From contig CAZMCH010000060.1 in NCBI GenBank assembly GCA_964564735.1, forward strand, positions 1 through 26,065: a stretch of 26,065 nucleotides of DNA, given 5' to 3'. The stretch comes from an uncultured bacterium. GTDB taxonomy: Bacteria > Poribacteria > DTPJ01. The notes beneath the pieces are model-generated. The model saw nothing but the letters and a program-made list of their open reading frames with translations, was not told the DNA's origin and searched no databases. Position numbers and translations under genes: made by a program. Position 1 is the stretch's first letter, and every line of letters starts with the position of its first letter. This document shows positions 9,631 through 17,699 of the stretch, piece after piece.

Positions 9631-9736
9631 GATTTTTCGCTTTGCTCAAAATGACAGCAAAATGTCACCCTGAACGCAGTGAAGGGTCTTCTTTAATTAA
9701 TACAAAAAACATAATTTCCTATAAAATGAAAAAAAT
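9631..9736 (+). repeat. Copy 2 of the ~95-bp conserved leader element. It abuts and overlaps the start of the permease gene.
   Basis: Same element and orientation as 8229-8330. The six-frame ORF '9642..' begins inside this repeat: its translated 'MLKMTAKCHPERSEGS' prefix is the element read in the permease frame. The parallel read-through of copy 1 (track ORF 8108-8311) ends at a stop before the dehydrogenase, so the element is not coding. Confidence 0.6.
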
Positions 9737-10820
9737 ATTTGACATTATACCCGGATTGTTATTGGCGTCATTGATTGCTTTTATAAGCTATTTTGCCTGC
9801 TATGGTCTTTGTGCAATCATGGATATGAAAAACAGCCCTGTAAGTATGGTTACATTTGCAATTATTATTGGGATGTTGTTGCGTAATACTATCGGAGTAT
9901 CAAAATATTTTAATAATGGTATTAATTTCAGTGTTAGAAAATTATTACGTTTGGGTATTATACTCATGGGAATAAGAATGAGTATCCTTGATGTTGCAAA
10001 AGTTGGTTTGCTTTCTGTTATAATAGTCATAGTTTGTATATCTACAGGACTTATAATAACAACTTTCATAACAAGAAAATTGGGATTATCTGACAGGCTT
10101 GGAACGCTTATTGCTGTTGGCACAGGCATTTGTGGAGTGAGTGCAATTATGGCTACAGCGCCTACAATAAATGCAAAAGAGGAAGAAACCGCCTATGCTG
10201 TTGGAACAATCACTATATTTGGGCTTATTGCTTTGTTAGTTTATCCTTATTTGGTTCATATTGTATTAGGTTTATCAAATATGCAGGCTGGAATCTTTCT
10301 TGGAACATCAATACATGATACTTCACAGGTAACAGGTGCAGGCATGATGTATAATCAATTATGGCTAAATGAAAATACTGCAACGCCAACTGCTATGGAT
10401 ATTGCAGTTGTAACCAAATTGGTAAGAAATACATTTATAGCGGTTGTCATACCTTTGATGGCATATATTTACTCAAAAAAGGGCAATACTACTAAATCTG
10501 CAAAGGTGAATTTTTTAAGCTATATACCTTTATTTGTTATTTTTTTTGTTTTGCTTGCATTAATCAGAACTGCAGGTGATTATCTGGTAATAAATAAAGA
10601 AATATTCTGGAATATAGACGCTTGGAAGGATATGCAGAATTTCATCAAAACATGGTCAGAGTATTTTCTTGTTATTGCAATGGCTGGCGCAGGATTAAGC
10701 ATTGATATTAAGAGATTCGGTCAACTTGGATATAAGCCTTTTCTTGCTGGTTTGATCTCTGCTGTTACTGTTGGTTTCGTAAGTTTTATTCTCATAAAGG
10801 CTCTTATGGCTAATTTATGA
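9726..10820 (+). CDS. Polytopic inner-membrane protein, YeiH/UPF0324-like putative exporter or permease
   Basis: The start is revised to the ATG at 9726 (MKKIFDIIPGLLLASLIAF...), just downstream of repeat copy 2. About 10 predicted TM helices, rich in glycine and small residues. The family assignment comes from overall topology and length (364 aa) and is not verified by a search. Confidence 0.55.
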   Translation: MKKIFDIIPGLLLASLIAFISYFACYGLCAIMDMKNSPVSMVTFAIIIGMLLRNTIGVSKYFNNGINFSVRKLLRLGIILMGIRMSILDVAKVGLLSVIIVIVCISTGLIITTFITRKLGLSDRLGTLIAVGTGICGVSAIMATAPTINAKEEETAYAVGTITIFGLIALLVYPYLVHIVLGLSNMQAGIFLGTSIHDTSQVTGAGMMYNQLWLNENTATPTAMDIAVVTKLVRNTFIAVVIPLMAYIYSKKGNTTKSAKVNFLSYIPLFVIFFVLLALIRTAGDYLVINKEIFWNIDAWKDMQNFIKTWSEYFLVIAMAGAGLSIDIKRFGQLGYKPFLAGLISAVTVGFVSFILIKALMANL

Positions 10821-10879
10821 TTTGTTTTATCTTTATATTTAAAAGTTTTAACATGAAGACATAGAGAAACGGGGAAAAA

Positions 10880-11050
10880 ATGATAATAAGAGCAATAATT
10901 GGAGGCATTATTGGCGGGGTATTAGGATTTTTAACAAATCGACTATCCACAAGGGTTTTTGGCAAAGGTGGTGGCTGACCATGCACAGCCAATCCCTATG
11001 CCAGCATAATTCTAGGAATTATATTGGGAGTGGCTATTGCTTCAGGTTGA
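10880..11050 (+). pseudogene. YeaQ/YmgE (GlsB, transglycosylase-associated)-like small two-TM membrane protein interrupted by an in-frame TGA at 10976-10978
   Basis: The ATG at 10880 follows an ACGGGGA RBS. It encodes MIIRAIIGGIIGGVLGFLTNRLSTRVFGKGGG, then TGA, then in frame PCTANPYASIILGIILGVAIASG*. Joined, the two halves reproduce the family layout: glycine-zipper TM1, a GK.GGG loop, and a second IILGI.LG TM2. Confidence 0.35.
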
Positions 11051-11174
11051 AGCAGAAACATCAAATAATGAAACTTTGATGTTCAGAAGTTGTAAAAAAT
11101 AAATAGACCGCTTATTTTCTCTGACTATATAATATTATCTCTGATTTTTTTATTGGGAAAGGAGAAATCCTCAA

Positions 11175-11471
11175 ATGGTAATAAAATTTGGCAATGGAGA
11201 AAAACGTCCAGACGGGTCTGTAAGTTATCCTATAAAGGATCATCAAAGCTTGTTAAGGCATGTTGCATATCGAATAGTTACGCCTAATCAGCCCTTTGGA
11301 CCACATGAGCATGAAGGAGATGAACTTTGGTATATACTTAAAGGCAAAGCAATTGTCAATATTGGTGGAAAAATAAGCGAGGTTGAAGAAAAAGATTTAA
11401 TAATATGTCCTTCGGGTGTTAGCCATGGTATGACTTCTGATAGTGAAGTCCTTTGGCTATGTATTGGCTAA
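11175..11471 (+). CDS. Cupin-domain protein (cupin_2)
   Basis: GGAAAGGAGA RBS. The metal-binding cupin motifs are HEHEGDELWYILKG and PSGVSHGM. 98 aa. It lies 27 bp upstream of the large GH-like gene and is probably co-transcribed with it. Confidence 0.8.
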   Translation: MVIKFGNGEKRPDGSVSYPIKDHQSLLRHVAYRIVTPNQPFGPHEHEGDELWYILKGKAIVNIGGKISEVEEKDLIICPSGVSHGMTSDSEVLWLCIG

Positions 11472-11498
11472 AAATCTATTTTACAGAAAGGTCAAGCA

Positions 11499-14396
11499 AT
11501 GAATTATGCCCTTTACTTTTTACTTCCTGTAATATGTGCTATTTCTGATGATAATATTCATTATGACGTTGCAGAGATTCCTTGGGAACAGAAGCTTGGT
11601 AATCATCGAGCAATAGTCTCTGTATCGAAAAAGGCTGATGCAGTAAAAGCATTTATCCCTTGGCGAAGACGTGATTTATCGCCAGAAAATAAGAATATAG
11701 TTGTCTATAATGCAACAACGGAAAAACAAGTAAATAACGTCTTAATTAGTAAAATAAATCGTGAATACGGTGAAATAATCTTTCAAACTGAAAATATTGG
11801 CAACTATTATGTTTATTATATGCCATATACTGCCGATACGTTACCTTGGGGCTACAAAACAAATTACCTTCCTCCAGAAGACACATCTGATCCTTTGTGG
11901 CGTGAGAGTTTGCCTGAATTATTGCCAGAAGCCAAGACAATTGGATTTCAGGCAAGAACTGAATTTGATCGCTTCGACCCAATGGAAATAATAGCAACTG
12001 CTAATGAAACAAATGAACTAATCGCAAAACATAAAAAATCATATTTGCTATTTCCAGAGGATCGGGAACATCCTATAAAAATGACCGATGATTTGCCTAT
12101 GCTCTGGATTTATAAAGGCGTTAAAGACTCTTTCTCAGGGGAAGCCGAAAGAGATGAATATTACACATTCCAGATAGGTGTATATGCAGCAGAGAAGGCA
12201 ATAAATGACATTGACATAGGTTTCAGCGACCTAAAATCCATTAATGGAGATATTATTCCATCAGAGAATTTTAATTGTATTAACAAAAGTGGAAATGACT
12301 GGCTTGGGAATCCAATAAAAAAGACAATTCCAATACCAGAAGGCAAAATTGGTGCGTTGTGGATAGGTGTTCATATTCCAGAAGCAATACCAGCAGGCGA
12401 TTATGATGGAGAAATTCTCATATCGCCAAAAGGTGAACCAAAAAGCATCATAAAACTGTCATTGAAAGTTCTATCACAGGTCATCGCTGATCATGGTGAT
12501 AATGAAATTTGGCGGCATTCTCGTTTGCGATGGCTCAACTCCAAAATTGGTATTGATGATGAAATCGTTGCACCATATACTCCGTTGAAGGTTGATAACA
12601 AAACTATTGAATGTCTTGGACGAAAAGTTACTTTATCGGATAGTGGTTTGCCAAACTCAATATTAATTGGGGAAAATGAGATACTGGCAAGCCCAATCAG
12701 CATGAATATAAATAATCTATCCGAGAATAAAATAAGCCTTATCAAAGAAACATCTGGGACGGTTATTTGGGAATCCAAAAGCAAGAATGAAAAATTTGAG
12801 ATCGAATGTCAGACAAAGATGGAATTTGATGGATTCGTTAATTTCCATATTAAATTAAATGCTTTACAGGATATTGATGTTGATGATATTTACCTTGATA
12901 TTCCAATAAAGCGAGAAATTGCTACTTATATGATGGGAATGGGCTTTAAGGGTGGCTATCGTCCAAAAGAATGGAACTGGGTCTGGGACGAAAAACTGGC
13001 GAATAATAGCGTCTGGATCGGTGATGTTAATGCAGGAATACATTGCAAACTCAAAGGCACAAAGGATATATGGGAGCTTTATAACCTTAAAGCTGATGGA
13101 ATACCGAAAGATTGGAATAATGAAGGCAAAGGCGGTTGTAAGGTATTTGAGGACGAAAATAAAGTCGTTTTGAGGGCTTATAGCAGAGAAAGAAAAATCA
13201 AAGCTGGTGAAAATATAGACTTTTGTTTTAGCTTGCTGATTACACCCTTGAAGCCTCTTGATAATGCACATTGGAATCAAAGATATTATCATGCTTACGT
13301 GCCGATTGATACGGTCAAGGAATCAGGGGCGAATATCATAAATGTCCATCATGGGAACGATATAAACAAGAATATCAATTATCCGTTTACTACTGCAAAC
13401 AAAATGGCTGAATACATAAGTGAATCACATAAAAACGACATAAAGGTTAAGATATATTACACCATCAGAGAACTTAGCAACTATACTGCAGAGATATGGG
13501 CATTGAGAAGTCTCGGAACGGAGATATTTGTTGATGGTAACGGTGGAGGTCATTCATGGTTACATGAGCATCTTGTCGATCATTATGCCCCTGCATGGCA
13601 TCATACGTTCTCAGATATAGAGACCGATGCGGCTATTGCTCAAACAGGCTTATCAAGATGGCATAATTATTACCTTGAGGGTCTGCGTTGGCTTATAAAG
13701 AATGTTGGAATTGATGGATTATATCTCGATGGCATAGGATATGATCGAGAAATAATGAAGCGTGTCCGTAAAGTGATGGATAGAGAGCGAAAAGGCTGTT
13801 TAATAGACTTTCATTCAGGCAATAACTTCCATCCAAATTATGGCTTGTCAAATTGCGCAACTCAATATTTGGAGCATTTTCCATATATTGACAGTCTATG
13901 GTTTGGTGAAGGTTTTGATTATGACGAATCGCCTGATTTTTGGCTTGTGGAAGTATCAGGAATACCCTTTGGCTTATATGGCGAAATGCTTCAAAATAAT
14001 GGAAATCCTTGGCGAGGGATGATATATGGCATGACTAATCGTCTTGGATGGGGTGGCGATCCAAGAAATATATGGAAAATATGGGATGATTTCGGTATTC
14101 AGGACGCAAAAATGATCGGCTATTGGGAGAAATCCTGCCCTGTCAAGACAGATAATAATGATGTCTTGGCTACAGTTTATCAAAAAGAAGGCAAATCGCT
14201 AATATCAATCGCAAGCTGGGCGAAGGAAACGGTATCTTGCAGGTTGATCGTTGATTGGAAAGCGTTAGAACTTGATCCAGATAAAGTAACAATCTCTGCT
14301 CCTGAAATCCTAAATTTTCAGCCAACTGCCAAGTTTGGTTTGTCCGATACGATACCTGTTGAGCCTGCAAAGGGCTGGTTGTTGATTATGGAATGA
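11499..14396 (+). CDS. Large (965 aa) putative glycoside-hydrolase-like protein with a central TIM-barrel region. The family is unresolved, possibly GH123/DUF4091-like.
   Basis: Long uninterrupted ORF. The N-terminus is hydrophobic and signal-like (MNYALYFLLPVICAIS). The central region alternates beta-strand and acidic or aromatic blocks (NVHHGNDINKN, KVKIYYTIREL, DGLYLDGIGYD, LIDFHSGNNFHP, YIDSLWFGEGFDYDE), which is typical of (beta/alpha)8 glycosidases. The carbohydrate-gene context supports the call. No family motif was recognised with certainty. Confidence 0.6.
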   Translation: MNYALYFLLPVICAISDDNIHYDVAEIPWEQKLGNHRAIVSVSKKADAVKAFIPWRRRDLSPENKNIVVYNATTEKQVNNVLISKINREYGEIIFQTENIGNYYVYYMPYTADTLPWGYKTNYLPPEDTSDPLWRESLPELLPEAKTIGFQARTEFDRFDPMEIIATANETNELIAKHKKSYLLFPEDREHPIKMTDDLPMLWIYKGVKDSFSGEAERDEYYTFQIGVYAAEKAINDIDIGFSDLKSINGDIIPSENFNCINKSGNDWLGNPIKKTIPIPEGKIGALWIGVHIPEAIPAGDYDGEILISPKGEPKSIIKLSLKVLSQVIADHGDNEIWRHSRLRWLNSKIGIDDEIVAPYTPLKVDNKTIECLGRKVTLSDSGLPNSILIGENEILASPISMNINNLSENKISLIKETSGTVIWESKSKNEKFEIECQTKMEFDGFVNFHIKLNALQDIDVDDIYLDIPIKREIATYMMGMGFKGGYRPKEWNWVWDEKLANNSVWIGDVNAGIHCKLKGTKDIWELYNLKADGIPKDWNNEGKGGCKVFEDENKVVLRAYSRERKIKAGENIDFCFSLLITPLKPLDNAHWNQRYYHAYVPIDTVKESGANIINVHHGNDINKNINYPFTTANKMAEYISESHKNDIKVKIYYTIRELSNYTAEIWALRSLGTEIFVDGNGGGHSWLHEHLVDHYAPAWHHTFSDIETDAAIAQTGLSRWHNYYLEGLRWLIKNVGIDGLYLDGIGYDREIMKRVRKVMDRERKGCLIDFHSGNNFHPNYGLSNCATQYLEHFPYIDSLWFGEGFDYDESPDFWLVEVSGIPFGLYGEMLQNNGNPWRGMIYGMTNRLGWGGDPRNIWKIWDDFGIQDAKMIGYWEKSCPVKTDNNDVLATVYQKEGKSLISIASWAKETVSCRLIVDWKALELDPDKVTISAPEILNFQPTAKFGLSDTIPVEPAKGWLLIME

Positions 14397-14424
14397 TACT
14401 TAATGGTCAATTTATAAATCTTTT

Positions 14425-14458
14425 AAGTCTCCCTTTGATAAAGGGAGACTTTTCTCAT
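14425..14458 (+). terminator. Rho-independent terminator downstream of the GH-like gene
   Basis: The 12-bp stem AAGTCTCCCTTT-gat-AAAGGGAGACTT is a perfect inverted repeat. It is followed directly by TTTTCTC. It lies in the convergent gap between the plus-strand gene ending at 14396 and the minus-strand gene ending at 14482. Confidence 0.65.
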
Positions 14459-14481
14459 CAAAGGGAGGAAATGAAAAAAGA

Positions 14482-15684
14482 TTAAAACCTTGTTGATGAT
14501 GCTAATAGATGTGTTGCAAGCTGAAGCGATGAACCGTCAATTGGTTTGATAAGAGCATAATTCCATTCTGAGTCCCCTAGTCTCACACCAATCCCAAGCG
14601 ATAGATTAGTTTTTGATAATTCATAGGATAATCCGTTACGAAAAACTACCCCTCCTCGAAAATATTTCTGCCATGAATAAGACGCTTCCCAGCCTATATT
14701 AACACCAAAACCTTTACTACTTATTGTTTTGTGCATATCAAAACCCGCAGATAGCCATGAAAAAGGTATTGAACTAACACCGATTCTCAATATGGAAGGT
14801 TGCGCTAGTGCTATCTTTCGCTGTATCAAATGCTCTATCATAAAACCAGCGGATACATTCCAGCGCTTATATATCTCTGATTGCATACCAAGATCAACAT
14901 CTAATCCTTTTCCTGAAAGATCAGCTTCAACTTCATCTTTGCCATATTCATTATCCTTAAAATCATCTATTGATTGCCCAATGTCAAGATTGTTGATGAT
15001 TGCAGGCAATAGCTTTGTCGCATCATTTCTATTTACATCAGGATCATGGATTGAAGTAAGCCTAAATGGTCTTATGATAACGCCTTTTTTGTATGTTTGA
15101 TCCCTATATTTCAACCTCAAACCAATTGCCAAATCAGGTCTTAGAGAATATGCAAGACAAAAAATGGGAAATTTTTCACGAAAGAGATCATAGTTAAATA
15201 TTGTGTTTGTATCTGATGTGAATTTATTTTCATTCACAATATATTCTGCGGTTGTGGATTCAACTTTTATTGTGCTGTTTCTGTTATCAAGATCATAAAC
15301 ATAACCCAAACCAATCCCAAATCTACCAAAAGCCCTTGTATAATAAATTGTCGGTTTTATCCTGAAGGAAAGACTTGTATGTGCTTGTTCATCTTCGGCT
15401 AATGGAAAATTCTGATAATTGAGGTTTTGTGTAGAGAAAGAAAGGGAAGCATTATTGTCCTGAACGTTTATTAATGATGCAGGATTACCGAAAATTGACG
15501 TTTCGCCTGTTGGTATAGCGACAAAAGCCCCACCCATACCAGATATGCGGAATGATTCACTTGCAAGGGCAGGCGTTATTAGGACAAATAGGCTTATAAG
15601 CCCATAAACCCATAAACCTATTAGTCTATTATAAATCTGCGTCCATTTGCATTTATCAGTAGTTCTAAAAATAAGCATACTCAA
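14482..15684 (-). CDS. FadL/TodX-family outer-membrane beta-barrel channel for hydrophobic compounds
   Basis: A signal-like N-terminus precedes a hatch motif, ISGMGGAFVAIPTGETSIFGNPASL. This resembles FadL's [26 protein letters not shown]. The 400-aa length and the C-terminal ...SSTRF aromatic beta-signal fit the family. A 3-nt gap separates it from the upstream gene. Confidence 0.6.
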   Translation of the reverse strand: MSMLIFRTTDKCKWTQIYNRLIGLWVYGLISLFVLITPALASESFRISGMGGAFVAIPTGETSIFGNPASLINVQDNNASLSFSTQNLNYQNFPLAEDEQAHTSLSFRIKPTIYYTRAFGRFGIGLGYVYDLDNRNSTIKVESTTAEYIVNENKFTSDTNTIFNYDLFREKFPIFCLAYSLRPDLAIGLRLKYRDQTYKKGVIIRPFRLTSIHDPDVNRNDATKLLPAIINNLDIGQSIDDFKDNEYGKDEVEADLSGKGLDVDLGMQSEIYKRWNVSAGFMIEHLIQRKIALAQPSILRIGVSSIPFSWLSAGFDMHKTISSKGFGVNIGWEASYSWQKYFRGGVVFRNGLSYELSKTNLSLGIGVRLGDSEWNYALIKPIDGSSLQLATHLLASSTRF

Positions 15685-15687
15685 ACA

Positions 15688-16647
15688 TTAGTTATAATAA
15701 AGCCTGTATTTTTCCATCGCTTGACAAATAGCCTCAATATTTTCCAAAGGCACATCAGGCGCACATTCTGCACCGACCATTAGCCCACCTTCTTTTGAAC
15801 CAAGTTTGACAATAGCCTCTTTTACATGCTCATCAATGTCTTTTGGCGTGCAGAATGGGAACATCTGTCGGTCGAGATCAAGGCTGACACAAACTTTGCC
15901 TTTGCAGTATTCCACTAATCCGTCAATAGTATTTGCCCTAAATTGAGGATTCAGAATTGTAACACCACATTCTATAAGGTCTGGGATTATCTCAAGGATA
16001 TGTCCGTCAGTATGAAGATAAACATGAGAGCCTACATTGCGACAAGCACCAAATATCTTTGCGAAACATGGTTTGAGATACTTTCGCCATAGCTTCGGAC
16101 TCATTGGAAGGCTGTTTTGATTCCCGAGATCATCGCCAAAACCGACCATTCTTGGCTTGTTAGCTAGTATCTTTTCAACTTCATTCATATTATAATTAAG
16201 CACCATGTCAATCAGCTTTTGAAGTTGTGGCGGTTCTTCTATCAAATCCATCATAAAGTTTTCAAATCCACGCAAATAATAAAGGCGCATATACATAAAT
16301 CCATGTGGCAACCCACCTGACGTTGGTGGAACATAACTATCAAATTTTGCCCAATCATCAAGCGGATGCTCAACGACAAGGGCTTCCATACCGCCATGTA
16401 TGTTTTTCCATACACAGCCCCAATTGTCAACGTGATCGCCTTCTGCATAAGTTCCGCCATAGCAATCAAAGACTCTGTCAGGATTCTTTTTTTGTTCACC
16501 AAATATGATAGGATGCCTTAAAACCAATTCTTCTAAATCGGTGCGATATTTGCCCCAAGTCGCCGGCAAAAGACTGACATTGCAGATAATATATTCTGGA
16601 TTGCGATATTCTACTGTTGCATAATAATTTTCTTCACGAGTCATCAT
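15688..16647 (-). CDS. Uroporphyrinogen-decarboxylase (URO-D) family protein. It is not HemE and may be MtaA/CmuA-like.
   Basis: 319 aa. The URO-D fold signature near the C-terminal half is YLHTDGHILEIIPDLIECGVTILNPQ. This matches the family pattern lH.cG......l..l.etG.dvl..d. The HemE N-terminal PxWxMRQAGR motif is absent. Confidence 0.5.
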   Translation of the reverse strand: MMTREENYYATVEYRNPEYIICNVSLLPATWGKYRTDLEELVLRHPIIFGEQKKNPDRVFDCYGGTYAEGDHVDNWGCVWKNIHGGMEALVVEHPLDDWAKFDSYVPPTSGGLPHGFMYMRLYYLRGFENFMMDLIEEPPQLQKLIDMVLNYNMNEVEKILANKPRMVGFGDDLGNQNSLPMSPKLWRKYLKPCFAKIFGACRNVGSHVYLHTDGHILEIIPDLIECGVTILNPQFRANTIDGLVEYCKGKVCVSLDLDRQMFPFCTPKDIDEHVKEAIVKLGSKEGGLMVGAECAPDVPLENIEAICQAMEKYRLYYN

Positions 16648-16665
16648 TAATTACCTTTCGTTATT

Positions 16666-17679
16666 TTATTTATTTGGTTCTATTATAATCTTCATAGAGC
16701 CTGATCTATTCATCATCATTTCTAATGCTTTCGGGAACTCGTCAAGCGAAAGATGATGAGATATTAACGCTTCTGCATTTACTTTTTTTTCTCTAATCAT
16801 ATCAATCGCTGGTATTGCAGTATAAAGAATTGCAAAAGTGCCATATATCTTTAATTCACGTTTATATACATCATAAGGCGAAATCTCAATCCGTCCATCT
16901 TGCGGACAGACACCAAAGAAAAGTATTCTGCCTCTATTTCTAACAAAGTCAAACATACCTTGAACGACAGCAGGCGAACCTGTTGCATCAATAACAACAT
17001 TGAATCCCTGTGGACGCATATCTTTTAATGTTGACCGCATATTATCATCAGCAATAATTGTATTTGTTGCACCAAGTTTTTTTGCTAGATCAAGCTTAGA
17101 TTGTATCTTATCAACCATTGTTACCGATGCTGAACCATAATTTTTACATAACTGCATCAGTATCAAACCTATGGGACCAGAACCAAATATTAGAACATGA
17201 TCGCCGATCTCCATGCCGACTTGCTTCAAGCCATGTATCCCACATCCAATAGGCTCAACCATTGCACCTTCATCATAAGACAAGCCATCAATTTTATGGA
17301 TATTCTCTTCACGAATTGAGGCAAGTTCAGCAAATCCGCCATTGTATGAAACGCCATAAGCTTTGAAATTTTCGCAGAAATTCTGATGATTTTCCCGACA
17401 AAATGAGCATTTATGGCAAAATACACCGGGATCAATCGCCACTTTATCGCCAATATTGACGCTTTTAATATTCCTTCCTATGTCAACGACTTCACCAGCA
17501 AACTCATGTCCGGGAATAATGGGATATGTTCCGATAAAATCCCCTTCGTATATATGCAAATCCGTTCCGCAGACTCCAGCGGATTGGACTGCGACTAAAA
17601 CTTCGTCATCCGTTATTATAGGATCGGGAACATTCGTAACACTGACTTTTCCCGGTGATTCAAAAACAACTGCTTTCAT
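16666..17679 (-). CDS. Zn-dependent alcohol/polyol dehydrogenase (MDR family), second paralog in the window
   Basis: Catalytic Zn motifs are CGTDLHIYEG and GHEFAGEV. The structural Zn motif is CHKCSFCRENHQNFCEN. The NAD Rossmann motif is IFGSGPIGLILMQL. Confidence 0.9.
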   Translation of the reverse strand: MKAVVFESPGKVSVTNVPDPIITDDEVLVAVQSAGVCGTDLHIYEGDFIGTYPIIPGHEFAGEVVDIGRNIKSVNIGDKVAIDPGVFCHKCSFCRENHQNFCENFKAYGVSYNGGFAELASIREENIHKIDGLSYDEGAMVEPIGCGIHGLKQVGMEIGDHVLIFGSGPIGLILMQLCKNYGSASVTMVDKIQSKLDLAKKLGATNTIIADDNMRSTLKDMRPQGFNVVIDATGSPAVVQGMFDFVRNRGRILFFGVCPQDGRIEISPYDVYKRELKIYGTFAILYTAIPAIDMIREKKVNAEALISHHLSLDEFPKALEMMMNRSGSMKIIIEPNK

Positions 17680-17699
17680 TTTTCACCTTTGATATTAAA

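Noticed and set aside
9642-9725. The six-frame ORF extends the permease 28 codons upstream (MLKMTAKCHPERSEGSSL...). A similar ORF at 8108-8311 reads through repeat copy 1.
   Set aside because: Both extensions are translations of the same ~95-bp repeated non-coding element. In copy 1 the reading frame ends in a stop before the next gene. The hydrophobic mature N-terminus of the permease (MKKIFDIIPGLLLASLIAF) begins at the ATG at 9726.
8229-9736. The two conserved ~95-bp repeats could be a CRISPR array.
   Set aside because: There are only two copies, about 1.3 kb apart, each about 95 bp and imperfect, with a full gene between them. There is no regular short repeat-spacer periodicity and no cas genes.
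10976-10978. UGA might be reassigned genome-wide (for example UGA=Gly or Trp, as in SR1 and Gracilibacteria). That would explain the in-frame TGA in the small membrane-protein gene.
   Set aside because: Several well-supported genes terminate at TGA, at lengths consistent with their families. Examples are the permease at 10820 and the GH-like gene at 14396. A global reassignment is therefore unlikely. The event is local: a pseudogene, a sequencing error or site-specific read-through.
1030-13292. Numerous 60-170-aa antisense or out-of-frame ORFs lie inside larger genes. Examples are 1030-1293, 2700-3080, 4852-5364, 9800-10129, 12864-13292, 14729-15100 and 21824-22141.
   Set aside because: They lie entirely within well-supported longer CDSs with recognisable families, on the opposite strand or in an alternate frame. 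They lack RBSs and have low-complexity composition. They are shadow ORFs.
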